From NCBI GenBank assembly GCA_963719715.1, contig CAVRDD010000030.1, positions 92,140 to 156,139 on the forward strand: a stretch of 64,000 bases of DNA, in the 5' to 3' direction. Under the pieces are notes generated by a model that was not told where the DNA came from, ran no database searches, and worked only from the letters and a program-made list of their open reading frames with translations. Below are positions 41,501 to 50,260 of the stretch, piece after piece. The first letter of the stretch is position 1. Each line of letters starts with the position of its first letter. The position numbers were made by a program, and so were the translations under genes. This stretch comes from an uncultured beta proteobacterium (GTDB lineage: Bacteria > Pseudomonadota > Gammaproteobacteria > Burkholderiales > JAEUMW01).

Positions 41501-42241
41501 CATCTACGTCTCCAGGTGGACGACGGCCATTTGTATCTGGGGCCGGCGCAGGTCAACCTGCCTGGCGGCACCCTCACGCTGGCGCTCGCCTACGATCCGA
41601 AACCGGCGGAGGTCGATCTCAGGGTCGGTGCCTACATCGAGCGTTTCGACTACGGCATCATCGTCCGTCGCCTGAAGCACGGTGAGAACGCGCGCGGGTT
41701 GGTCAGCGCACGGATCGATGTCGCCGGCCGGGGGCCGTCGCTGGAGACGATCATGCGTGATGCCGATGGCGAGCTGGATTTCGCCATCTGGCCGGAGGAG
41801 CTTGGGGGCCGCATCTTCAATCTGTGGTCGGTGAATCTTCTGCTCGCCGTTCTGCCGGTGATCGATCCCGGCGGCGACGCACACGTCAACTGCATCGTCG
41901 GCAGGTTCGACCTGCGCGACGGTGTGGTGCGCGACGACAAGATGCTGATCGACACCACCCGCGTGCGCGTGCGCGGCACCGGCCATGCGAATCTCAGAAC
42001 CGAGGGGATCGACTTCGTCTTCCGGCCGCGCGCCAAGGGCTTGGCGCTTTTCCGCCTGCAATACCCGTTGCGGGTCACCGGCACGCTTAGCGACTACAAC
42101 ATCGGCATCGACCGTCGCGAAATCGTCCCGGCGACCTTGCGGATGTTGGCGTCTCCCATTCTCGTGCCGTGGGAGCGGCTCACCGAGGGTCCGCTGCCGC
42201 GCGACGGTGCGGACGTGTGCACCGATCCGCTGCGGCCGTGA
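38549..42241 (+). CDS. AsmA-family large envelope protein (1230 aa).
   Basis: There is an N-terminal TM anchor (MTRRRRALLALAGALLVLLVFVATIVAAVVW) followed by a long repetitive beta-rich body and an AsmA_2-like C-terminus. The ORF is uninterrupted. Confidence 0.8.
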   Translation: MTRRRRALLALAGALLVLLVFVATIVAAVVWGVTIDVSRWRDTAATRLAAALERPVLLQDPFTLTLGREATLHVGGTEIPGPDGFSSREFAALGGLDVRFDLLDALRGSLQVSSIEARSGRLRLERNAEGATNWALARDPAQAPAGELRVAEVALHNLDIEYVDARAAKHIRLAVDEFTASGCCEEPLHVSVRGRTERRSPYAATLAAGPLQPLLAAAAPWPFDAVFEYDNARLAAKGTVAAGADVIELSALQGSLANAEVTGKLTLDLRGARPQLRGALAFSRLDLLISSLDRGAQQSDEGFEQLSVRDLVPLDVEVDLSAPELPGVPGELRDVTVELRAEDGRVHAPMHATWAGIPVSGSLELDTAATVPTLALQLEARDTALRDLPGNLVDATAMSGVIGHMGLRADGRGETVGALIGDMQLALSAAGRLRSVRGNASPPLDLVLDVVDLSVRRGERLRGRARGALQGERVTLAFQAGTLPDMLKSHATPLDLDLAATRTKLHAAGTLAFPGAAEATDLAFGLSAARAGDLARWLPIAPATKLALDARGRVRIDSDGWRLDDGSLKAGRSRLAIDAQRSDRQAGPITRVTVRGPLLDLAQLATLLPTPRANAHDRALPLPEAVRSAQADVEVAIERVTWDRIDVQDLTLVSRLRDGRLDSSPFSAGFAGGRVHGVVAGDVSGAAPQLDLQLTAESVDTGALARALGFAQRIEGRVDAIEVNAQARGSTLRELAQRSWLDARVRANRLTIASTGARPAVEIAVSEATVVAGAGSPVQIRVSGAYDEEPLAFQLTTADLEDLVAGTGRVPIAATGKVADTRLDFKGDLLLPLGRGGEFTVELGGERLDSLNGLAGIELPAWGPWSIRGPVRMTAGSYAMPDVSLGVGTSKLAGSGQLDLTGPRRRLVLDVTAPLIQLDDFPLPERLTDDPASPLTTAGVRATARGVARRTERLLNSRFLQRFDAHIDVRVKEVLSGTDRLADGHLRLQVDDGHLYLGPAQVNLPGGTLTLALAYDPKPAEVDLRVGAYIERFDYGIIVRRLKHGENARGLVSARIDVAGRGPSLETIMRDADGELDFAIWPEELGGRIFNLWSVNLLLAVLPVIDPGGDAHVNCIVGRFDLRDGVVRDDKMLIDTTRVRVRGTGHANLRTEGIDFVFRPRAKGLALFRLQYPLRVTGTLSDYNIGIDRREIVPATLRMLASPILVPWERLTEGPLPRDGADVCTDPLRP

Positions 42242-42244
42242 CTA

Positions 42245-43825
42245 TCACGGCCCGGCGAACGGCTGCGTATTGGCGTCGTCCGGCAGGAAGGTCGAGAGCA
42301 GGGCTTCGAGGCGTACCGGGCGCACCTGCGACGATGTCACCGCGAGGTTGCGTCCGCTGGGTCCGGAAGGATGTTCGATGCCTTCTGCAACACGCTCCAG
42401 CACGTACGGGAAGAACGGATTGGACGGCAGTCGCGTCAGGAAGTCCTGGTCGACGACCAGGGCGCCGCGCTCGCCACGTGCCTCCATTGCGCCGAGGCTG
42501 AAGCCGAATTCGTCGCGCGACTTTGGGTCCGGGCGCATGCCGTAAAGTGGATCGTCCATGGGGATCGGAATCGCCAGGTGCGACAGCGAGAAAATGTCGT
42601 GCGGATATGGCAGTGCGAGCGCTCGCTCGGCCGTCTGCAACTGACCGGGCGCGATGCTGCGCTCGACCGTCGATTCGCTGTCGTCGGTCGCGTTCGCAAT
42701 CGCGGTGAAGCGGAAGGTCTGCGGCGTCGTCGGCGTCAACTGCTCGAGCGCGACGTAGGACGAAGGCCGCAGCAGGGGACCGAATTTGACGGTCCGATTG
42801 ACATCGAAGAGCACGATCTCGCTGCCGTTGTCGGGCAGGTTCCCATACAGCGCCGTCAGGATCGCAGGCGTGCTGACGGTGAAGTCGATGACTGACTGGA
42901 ACGTCAGCACCGGCGGCAACTGGCTCAACAGGCCGGCGCGCGCCATGCGCTGGATCTGCGCCTGCAGTGCATCGGTCAGCCGGAACGACTGGCGTGCGCC
43001 GTTCACGGGAAACGAGTTGTACTTGAACGGGTTGAACTCCGGCAGCACGCTCAGCCACGCCGCATTCGCGAACGGCGGCAATATGGCGGGCAGGCCGGCG
43101 AATCCGGCGAAGCGCGCAAAGCGCGTGATGCCGATCATCGGTGTGAAGAGCACTATGCGGTCGGCGCGCGGCAGCTTCGGGTCCTCGATCGCGTCCAGCG
43201 CGTACTTCATCGCGAGCGCGCCGCCGTTCGAGAAACCGACCAGGTGCAGCGGCGCCGGCGCCGGGACGCGCTGCCGCGCCTCGCGCACGGCGAGACGCGT
43301 GGCCGCCATCCAGTCTTCCCAGCGCACGTCGGTCAAGCCCGCCGGCACGGTGCCATGGCCGGGCAGGCGCAGGCCGATGGCGAGATAACCGTGGTCGCGA
43401 TAGAGCTTGGCGACGTGGCGCAGGCTGTAGGGTGAATCCGTCAGCCCGTGCAGCAGGACGACCACACCGAGCGGTTTGCCTGCGGGCTCCAGCACATACG
43501 AGCGGTTCCAGTCGTGCGCGAAGTGCGCCGGATAGACCGGGCTTTGCTCGAAGTAGCGATTGATCGGCGCGCGCTCCTCCGGCGCGAGCTTCTGGCTCAC
43601 CTCGTGGCGCACGCTCTCGAAGATCGTTCCTTCCTGCGCAACATAGCGCGACCAGTCGGTCTGATCGAGTTCGGCGGCGCGCAGTTCTGTCGGCACGAAG
43701 GTGTGCCACGGCTGCAGCGGCGGGCCGCTCAACGCGCGGTACGAACGCATCGCAAGAAAACCCGCGAGAGCGAGGAAGACCGCGATCAAGATCCACTTGA
43801 GGGTGCGCTTCAATGCAATTTTCAT
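42245..43825 (-). CDS. Membrane-anchored alpha/beta hydrolase (lysophospholipase/serine aminopeptidase S33-like) with a C-terminal region of about 200 aa of unknown function.
   Basis: I use the ATG at 43825 (MKIALKRTLKWILIAVFLALAGFLA). Supporting motifs are VVLLHGLTDSPYS and the nucleophile elbow GFSNGG. Confidence 0.7.
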   Translation of the reverse strand: MKIALKRTLKWILIAVFLALAGFLAMRSYRALSGPPLQPWHTFVPTELRAAELDQTDWSRYVAQEGTIFESVRHEVSQKLAPEERAPINRYFEQSPVYPAHFAHDWNRSYVLEPAGKPLGVVVLLHGLTDSPYSLRHVAKLYRDHGYLAIGLRLPGHGTVPAGLTDVRWEDWMAATRLAVREARQRVPAPAPLHLVGFSNGGALAMKYALDAIEDPKLPRADRIVLFTPMIGITRFARFAGFAGLPAILPPFANAAWLSVLPEFNPFKYNSFPVNGARQSFRLTDALQAQIQRMARAGLLSQLPPVLTFQSVIDFTVSTPAILTALYGNLPDNGSEIVLFDVNRTVKFGPLLRPSSYVALEQLTPTTPQTFRFTAIANATDDSESTVERSIAPGQLQTAERALALPYPHDIFSLSHLAIPIPMDDPLYGMRPDPKSRDEFGFSLGAMEARGERGALVVDQDFLTRLPSNPFFPYVLERVAEGIEHPSGPSGRNLAVTSSQVRPVRLEALLSTFLPDDANTQPFAGP

Positions 43826-43880
43826 TTTTCTCGCCCGGAAGGGCGCGGGGGCGGCGGCCGCGACGCTTAGGCCGCGACGC

Positions 43881-45425
43881 TTATTTTGTCGGTTCGGGGG
43901 TGGCCGCGCGTCCCGCCAGCCAGGCATCGGCAGCCGGCGACCAAGGCAGGTTCACGCCAGCGCGCGCCGTACGCGTCGCGATGCGAGATACCGCGGCACT
44001 TTTGACAGCGTGTTTGCCCTCGAACAGCAGAGCCAGCACGCGCTCCACCTGCAACGCGGGCACGTCCTCGCGCGTGACGAGAAGCGCGGTGGCGGCAAGC
44101 GTCGGAACCGGCGTCGTCTGCCGGGCGTATGTCTCCGGCGGCATCGTGATTGGCACCAGACCCGAGGCGACGAGCTCGGCCGACGGGCCGATTGGCACCC
44201 AGGCGAGCGGCATCGCGGCGGCGAGGCGCTGCAGCGCCGGTGCCGGGGCATGCGCGGTGGTGAAGAAGGCGTCGATTCGACCGTCTGCGAGCGCTTGCGT
44301 CGTCTCGGTGAGCGTGTCTGCAAGAACGGCCGCGAGCATTGCTTCGGTGACGCCGTTCGCGGCCATAATCGCTAAGGCGTTGGCGCGGGTGCCGGAGCCG
44401 TTCGGCCCGAGGCCGACACGCTTGCCTTTGAGATCGGCGACGTTCGAGATGCCGGACTTTGCCTTCGTCACGAGCTGGATCGTCTCGGGGAACAGGCTCG
44501 CCACGGCGCGCAACTCGCGCTGTGGCGAGCCGACAAAGCGGCCGCTGCCGGCGTACGCGCTGGCAGCGATGTCGTTCTGCGCCAGCGCGAACTGCGCGCG
44601 ATCCTCGGTGAGCAGTCTGATGTTGTCGAAGCTGCCTTCGCTGGACAGCGTGGTGAGCGAGATGCCTGCTGCGCCCGCTCGTGCATCGAGGGCCGCCAGC
44701 GTTTCCTCGTAGGCGCCGCCACGTGGGCCGCCGGCGACCGTGATCTCGTCCGCCTTCTTCTGCAGACGCAGGCGTGCGGCTTGCTCGGTGCGCTGAAACT
44801 CTTCGACCAGGATCGCCTCGCGATCGCTGTCCGCGACGCCCGGGGTGCGTGGCAGCGTCAGCAGCTTGCCGAGCTTCGAATACTCGGCATGCGCGGGCGA
44901 GGGTGGCGCCTCTTCGTGCGGCCGTGGCTGCACGGCGGCGGTGATCGCAGCGGCGGGGACTTCAGGGGCACTGGTCGCGGTTTGCTGTGCCAACGGAACG
45001 AGTACCCACTTTTCGCCTTGCTTCTCGAAGGCCGCGCTGCCGTAGACGCCGAGCGTGTCGCCAGCGCGGTTGCCGCCCTCCTTCAGCCCGAGCACGCCTT
45101 TTGGTCCGGCCCCCAGCAGCGCTGCCAGTGACGAGACATTGTGCGCGTTCCAGTTCGTGAAATCGTAGTCGCGCGCGAACTCGAGCTCGGCGTTGAAATA
45201 CTTGAGGCGGCCGTCACGGCCGCTCAACGATGCGCTGCCCGCCGGCACCAGCGACTTCACCGTCAGCACGCGTCCGCCGAGGGCGGCGTCGAGGTGCTCC
45301 TGCACTGCAGCGCGCACGTTCGTGGCATCGGGCCCATGGCTGCAGCCGGCGGCCACCAGCAGCACGGCCGCAAAGGCCATCAGCAGCGCGCGCGCACGCA
45401 CGACCCAGGTCACCAGCCGAACCAT
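43881..45425 (-). CDS. TAXI-family TRAP-type solute-binding protein with a lipoprotein signal and an N-terminal extension of about 200 aa.
   Basis: The C-terminal approximately 285 aa are TAXI-like: GGPRGGAYEETL...FALAQNDIAASAY...RAVASLFPETIQLVT...GKRVGLGPNGSGTRANAL. The N-terminus reads MAFAAVLLVAAGCS. Its start overlaps the gltS stop. Confidence 0.75.
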   Translation of the reverse strand: MVRLVTWVVRARALLMAFAAVLLVAAGCSHGPDATNVRAAVQEHLDAALGGRVLTVKSLVPAGSASLSGRDGRLKYFNAELEFARDYDFTNWNAHNVSSLAALLGAGPKGVLGLKEGGNRAGDTLGVYGSAAFEKQGEKWVLVPLAQQTATSAPEVPAAAITAAVQPRPHEEAPPSPAHAEYSKLGKLLTLPRTPGVADSDREAILVEEFQRTEQAARLRLQKKADEITVAGGPRGGAYEETLAALDARAGAAGISLTTLSSEGSFDNIRLLTEDRAQFALAQNDIAASAYAGSGRFVGSPQRELRAVASLFPETIQLVTKAKSGISNVADLKGKRVGLGPNGSGTRANALAIMAANGVTEAMLAAVLADTLTETTQALADGRIDAFFTTAHAPAPALQRLAAAMPLAWVPIGPSAELVASGLVPITMPPETYARQTTPVPTLAATALLVTREDVPALQVERVLALLFEGKHAVKSAAVSRIATRTARAGVNLPWSPAADAWLAGRAATPEPTK

Positions 45426-46621
45426 GGCAGCGACAGGAAACCCTGGATCGTGAGCGCGTTCGCAATGTCGATCAGGAATGCGCCGATGATCGGGATCAGC
45501 AGGAATGCCAGCGGAGAATGGCCATGGCGGCTGGCCACGGTCTGCACGTTCACCAGCGCCGTGGCGGTCGAACCCATCCCGAAGCCCAGATGGCCGGTGG
45601 CGAGCAGCACCGCATCATAGTTGCGTCCCATGAAGCGGAATGTGATGAAGGTCGCGTAGGCGAGAAGGGCGGCCGTCTGTGTGAGCAGGATCACCAGCAT
45701 CGGGCCCGCAAGATCGACGAGTTCCCAGAGCTTCAAGGTCATGATGACCATGGCAAGAAAGAGCGAGAGCGCGAGCGTGCCGATCAGTTCCAGGGCCTGA
45801 TCGTTGACGCGATAGAGTCCCGACATGGAAAGCGCGTTGCGCAGGACGACGCCGACCAGCAGCGCCCAGATGAATGTGGGCAGCGTGAAGATGCCCTGGC
45901 CGAGCCACCGGTAGAGGGCGAAGCCCACGGCCAGCGACACGAAGACCAGGAGCAGCGTTTCGATCAACTCGAAGGCTGTAGGCGCGGCGGCCTGAGGTTC
46001 GTCTGCGCCCGGCGCAGCAGCGGTCGCAGGTGCGCTGTCGCCCGGGCCGCGCACGCCGTATCGGCGCATGAGCCAGGAGGCGAATGGACCGCCGAGCAGA
46101 CCTCCTGCGACCAGACCGTAGGTGGCCGCGGCGATGCCGAGCTCGATCACACCCTGCAGGTTGCGCTCCTCGATGAATTTCTGGCCCCACGCGGCAGCAG
46201 TGCCGTGTCCGCCAGAGAGCGTGATCGACCCGACCATGAGGCCGTTCGCGGGATGCAGGTCGAACGCTTTCGCCAAGCCGACGCCAATCGCGTTCTGCAT
46301 GAGGAGCCCGCCGACCACGATGACGAAGAACACGAGCAGCAACCTGCCACCCTTCGCGAGCGCGCGCGCGTCCGCAGACAGCCCCACGGTCGCGAAGAAC
46401 ATCAGGTTGAGCGGACTGAGCAGTGCCGGGTCAAATTCCACTTTCACGCCGCCGAGCCCCCGCGCGAGCGTGATGACAACTGCGAACAGCATCCCGCCAA
46501 CCACGGCGTCGGGAATGCTGTATTTGGCGAGGAATGCGACGCGCTTGGTAAGCACACGGCCGAGCACCAGCGCCGCCGAAGCTAGGACGAGCGTGGTGAA
46601 GATGTCGAAGCTGAATCGCAT
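45410..46621 (-). CDS. gltS: Sodium/glutamate symporter.
   Basis: The 403 aa ORF MRFSFDIFTTLVLASAALVLGRVLTKRVAFLAKYSIPDAVVGG...MFFATVGLSA matches the GltS (ESS) family pattern. Confidence 0.85.
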   Translation of the reverse strand: MRFSFDIFTTLVLASAALVLGRVLTKRVAFLAKYSIPDAVVGGMLFAVVITLARGLGGVKVEFDPALLSPLNLMFFATVGLSADARALAKGGRLLLVFFVIVVGGLLMQNAIGVGLAKAFDLHPANGLMVGSITLSGGHGTAAAWGQKFIEERNLQGVIELGIAAATYGLVAGGLLGGPFASWLMRRYGVRGPGDSAPATAAAPGADEPQAAAPTAFELIETLLLVFVSLAVGFALYRWLGQGIFTLPTFIWALLVGVVLRNALSMSGLYRVNDQALELIGTLALSLFLAMVIMTLKLWELVDLAGPMLVILLTQTAALLAYATFITFRFMGRNYDAVLLATGHLGFGMGSTATALVNVQTVASRHGHSPLAFLLIPIIGAFLIDIANALTIQGFLSLPWFGW

Positions 46622-46826
46622 GCTCTACACGATCCGCGAAGCGCGCCGCGGCGAGCTGTATTCGCTTCGCACTTGTCCCGGCATTGCCAGATCCATGTCG
46701 TTTTCAACCCACTGAGACGGCGCACGGATTATAAGCACGACAGGCCCGCGCAGTCGAGCAGCGGGTGCAACGGAAATTGGTTATCATGTGTTCCTTCTTC
46801 CAACGTGAAAGCCGGACGCGCCAATC

Positions 46827-47051
46827 ATGCGGTTTGTCTACATCGCGCTCGTCATCGTAGCTACCGCAATCGTCGTCCTCTTCAAGTTTCAGAACCTCGA
46901 AGCCGTCACTATCTCGCTCTTCGCGGCGAGCTTCACGCTTCCCGTCTCGCTGCTGGTTTTTCTCGTCTATGCGTTGGGAATGCTTACTGGGGGCGCGCTG
47001 CTGGCGCTGCTGCGCAGCCTGGCCCGGCGCGCCAGCCATCGCTACAGGTGA
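46827..47051 (+). CDS. LapA-domain (DUF1049) small membrane protein.
   Basis: The 74 aa ORF has two TM helices and contains LFKFQNLEAVTISLF. Confidence 0.5.
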   Translation: MRFVYIALVIVATAIVVLFKFQNLEAVTISLFAASFTLPVSLLVFLVYALGMLTGGALLALLRSLARRASHRYR

Positions 47052-47154
47052 TTGCACGACGCAGCGGACACGGCAGTACGTGCCACTGCCGCTCAAGCGT
47101 CGCCGCGTTGACGGATCGTTATTAGCGCTGGTCAGCCGCCGCTGGAGGCGTCGC

Positions 47155-48610
47155 ATGATTGGACTCATCGGTATTCTGGTCGCCCTTGGCGTACTCATCT
47201 GGCTGTCGTTCCGCGGCTGGAGCGTGCTGATTCTCGCGCCGGGCAGCGGCGCTGATTGCGGCGCTCGCCGCCGGCGAACCGCTGCTCGCGCACTGGACAC
47301 TGACGTTCATGCGAGGGGCGGCCGGCTTCATCGCACAGTTCTTTCCGCTGTTCCTGCTCGGTGCGCTGTTCGGCAAGCTGATGGACGACAGCGGCTCGGT
47401 GAAGACGATTGCGCAGTTCATGACCGACAAGCTCGGCGCGAAGCGCGCGATCCTCGCAGTCGTGCTTGCCGGTGCGCTGGTGACCTACGGTGGCGTGAGC
47501 CTCTTCGTCGCCGTCTTCGTGCTGGCGCCGATGGCGCAGGCGCTCTTTCGCACGGCGGACATTCCGAACCGTCTGGTGTCGGTCGCCATCCTGCTCGGCA
47601 CCGCGACCTTCACGATGACCGCGTTGCCGGGCACACCGGCGATCCAGAACGCGATTCCGATGCCCTTCTTCGGGACGACCCCGTTCGCTGCTCCCGGGCT
47701 CGGCATCATCGCGGCGGCCGTCATGTTGAGCTTCGGGCTGTGGTGGCTCGGGCGCCGCGAAGCCGCTGCTCGCCGGGCCGGCGAAGGTTTCGGCGGTCCG
47801 CGCTGCGATGCGGGTGCGGCCGCCGACGATGTGCTCGTGCGCGAACGCGCGACCACGGCGGGCAACTTCGACCCCCCCGAGGTGCATCATGGCCATCACA
47901 GCGAAGCATTGCCGAGCGTCTTCGTCGCGATTCTCCCGCTGCTGGTGGTGGTGCTTGTGAACCTTCTGATGTCGATGGTCGTTCTGCCACGCCTCGACAC
48001 GAGCTTTCTTGCCGAGGTGCGCTGGGGTGACACGCCGTTGTCGGCGGTGAGCGGTGTGTGGTCGGTGATCGTGGCGCTCACATCGGCCATCGTCGTCCTC
48101 GTTGCGTGCAACCACAAGCGGCTCCCGGTGCTGCGCGACACGTTCGACGCCGGAGTGAACGCCTCGGGCTTGCCCGTCCTGAGCGTGGCGAGCCTCGTGG
48201 GCTTCGGCGCCGTGGTCGCCGCCATGCCGGCATTTGCAGTGGTGCGGGACTGGGTGCTCTCGATCGAAGGTGGCCCGCTCGTTTCGATGTCGGTCGCCAC
48301 AACCATCCTTGCTTCGATGACCGGCTCGGCATCGGGAGGCATGAGCATCGCGCTCGATGCCCTGGGCGCCACCTACCTGCAGCTTGCCACGGAGCTGAAT
48401 ATCGATCCGGCCATACTGCACCGCGTGGCGGCGATGAGTGCCGGTACCATCGACACGCTGCCCCACAACGGCGCCGTGGTCACGATGCTTGCCGTCACCG
48501 GATCGACCCACAAGGAGAGCTACGGCGATATGGTGATCACGTGCATCGTCGGGCCCATGATCGCGCTCGTCGTCGTCATCGTGCTCGGGACGCTCTTCGG
48601 TTCGTTCTGA
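47155..48610 (+). pseudogene. GntP-family permease, with one frame break.
   Basis: MIGLIGILVALGVLIWLSFRGWSVLILAP is followed by AAALIAALAAGEPLLAHWTLTFMRGAAGFIAQFFPLFLLGALFGKLMDDSG. An extra G in the GGG at 47241-47243 causes the break. Confidence 0.8.
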
Positions 48611-48699
48611 GGCACCTGCGTCGCGGTTCACCCGGACGCGCGGCGCGCGGAACACGTCCCGCGCTCGCTCTTCGTTCCAGGCTGCATTGGGCATGACGC

Positions 48700-49137
48700 T
48701 TGCTGATCCATGGCGTGGAAAGGCAAGTGGAGGCAGCCATGAAAACGGCACGGCGCAAGCAGGTCCCAAACACCCTACGTTACGCTCTCGACGACGCGCA
48801 GCCGCGTGGCCTGAACTGCGCAGACCTCTGCACCGAATCGCGCAGGCACCGCGGCAGCGGCGGCCGCAGCGAGGAGAATGCCGATCTTGGCTTTCGCCCC
48901 GCTTTCCGCGACGATGCCACCGGCGAGGTCTACGCATCGTGCTTCGTCGATGGTCGACCGGCGCCGTTGCATCTCTATGACGGGCTGCCAGACGACGTGG
49001 TCATAGCACGCAGCGCGTGCGGACACGTCAGCGCGGTCAAAGGATCGCTGGTCTCCGGCTTCCTTCGCGGCGGCTCTTTCTATACGCGCGAGGAAGCCGC
49101 GGCAGTCGTTCGCGAAGCCTTGCCGGCCGCTGCCTGA
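48700..49137 (+). CDS. Hypothetical protein. A start at 48739 (MKTARRKQ) is possible.
   Basis: The ORF fills a gap with no better alternative on either strand. I recognise no family. Confidence 0.3.
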   Translation: MLIHGVERQVEAAMKTARRKQVPNTLRYALDDAQPRGLNCADLCTESRRHRGSGGRSEENADLGFRPAFRDDATGEVYASCFVDGRPAPLHLYDGLPDDVVIARSACGHVSAVKGSLVSGFLRGGSFYTREEAAAVVREALPAAA

Positions 49138-49295
49138 GAGCTTTTCCACGTCGCGCCTGCACTCCTGCGGGCGCCGCCGTCGGCCGTGATAGTTTCTTGA
49201 TAAATCCGTGAGCGGGCCGTGACCCGCGTGGACGAGACTTTCGTCCAACAGGGTTCGCCATCGCGGCCCGCCATCGAGGGACGACGGAAGTGGAC

Positions 49296-49454
49296 ATGCC
49301 CCCGCAACGCGCGGCCGAAGCCGCCCTCTTTGCCGTGACGCGGTCACGTCGCCTGGCCGCCGATGGGGCGTTCTGGCTGGTGCTGCTGTTGCTGCCAGGA
49401 TCCTTCCTGCTGTTGCCCGTCTGGCTCTGGTGGAAGCACCGCGGTTCCAACTAA
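49296..49454 (+). CDS. Possible 52 aa small membrane protein. It is below the ORF-track length cutoff.
   Basis: I translated it by hand as MPPQRAAEAALFAVTRSRRLAADGAFWLVLLLLPGSFLLLPVWLWWKHRGSN. It has one TM helix and lies 90 nt upstream of the response regulator. Confidence 0.2.
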   Translation: MPPQRAAEAALFAVTRSRRLAADGAFWLVLLLLPGSFLLLPVWLWWKHRGSN

Positions 49455-49546
49455 GTTGATCGAAGTTCCCTGAGCGCGCGCACGCGTGGCCGAGTGCGCG
49501 ATGAGCCGCTATTCTGGATGCCTGCGCGATTGCGCGGGGAGGCAGC

Positions 49547-50251
49547 ATGCAACGCAACGTGCTTGTGATCGAGGACCAGCAGGACATCGCCGAGCTGATC
49601 AAGCTTCATCTCGGCGATCTCAACTGCGAAGTGCGTCTCGCGTTCGACGGCATCGCGGGGCTGGCCGAGGCCGAGGCCGGTGCGTACGACCTCATCATCC
49701 TCGATCTCATGCTGCCCGGCTTGGATGGCCTCGAGGTCTGCAAGCGCATACGGGCCGGGTCGCGCTACACGCCGATACTCATGTTGACTTCGAAGTCGTC
49801 CGAGCTCGACAGGGTACTGGGGCTGGAGCTCGGTGCGGACGACTATCTCACCAAGCCCTTCAGCGTGCTGGAGTTCCTCGCGCGGGTGAAGGCCATCTTC
49901 AGGCGCGGCGATGCGCTGACCCCGGCCGCCGCGGCCGAGGCGCCGAAAACCATCCGCGCCGCCGACCTCGAGATCAACCCGGAAAAGCGCGTGGTCACGC
50001 TCGGCGGCCGGCCGGTGGAACTGACCGCGAAGGAATTCGACCTGCTCGCGCATTTCGCGCGCAACCCCGGGCGCGTGTACAGCCGCGGGCAGCTGCTTGA
50101 CGTGGTCTGGGGCTACAGCCACAGCGGCTACGAGCACACAGTCAATTCCCACATTAACCGCCTGCGCACCAAGATCGAAGCCGACCCCGCGAAGCCGCGC
50201 TATATCCTCACGGTGTGGAGCGTCGGCTACAAGTTCAACGAAAATCCCTAG
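49547..50251 (+). CDS. OmpR/PhoB-family response regulator.
   Basis: The receiver domain reads VLVIEDQQDIAELI...LIILDLMLPGLDG...TSKSSE...ADDYLTKPF. It is followed by a winged-helix output domain ending in YILTVWSVGYKF. Confidence 0.9.
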   Translation: MQRNVLVIEDQQDIAELIKLHLGDLNCEVRLAFDGIAGLAEAEAGAYDLIILDLMLPGLDGLEVCKRIRAGSRYTPILMLTSKSSELDRVLGLELGADDYLTKPFSVLEFLARVKAIFRRGDALTPAAAAEAPKTIRAADLEINPEKRVVTLGGRPVELTAKEFDLLAHFARNPGRVYSRGQLLDVVWGYSHSGYEHTVNSHINRLRTKIEADPAKPRYILTVWSVGYKFNENP

Positions 50252-50260
50252 GGCCGCGCG

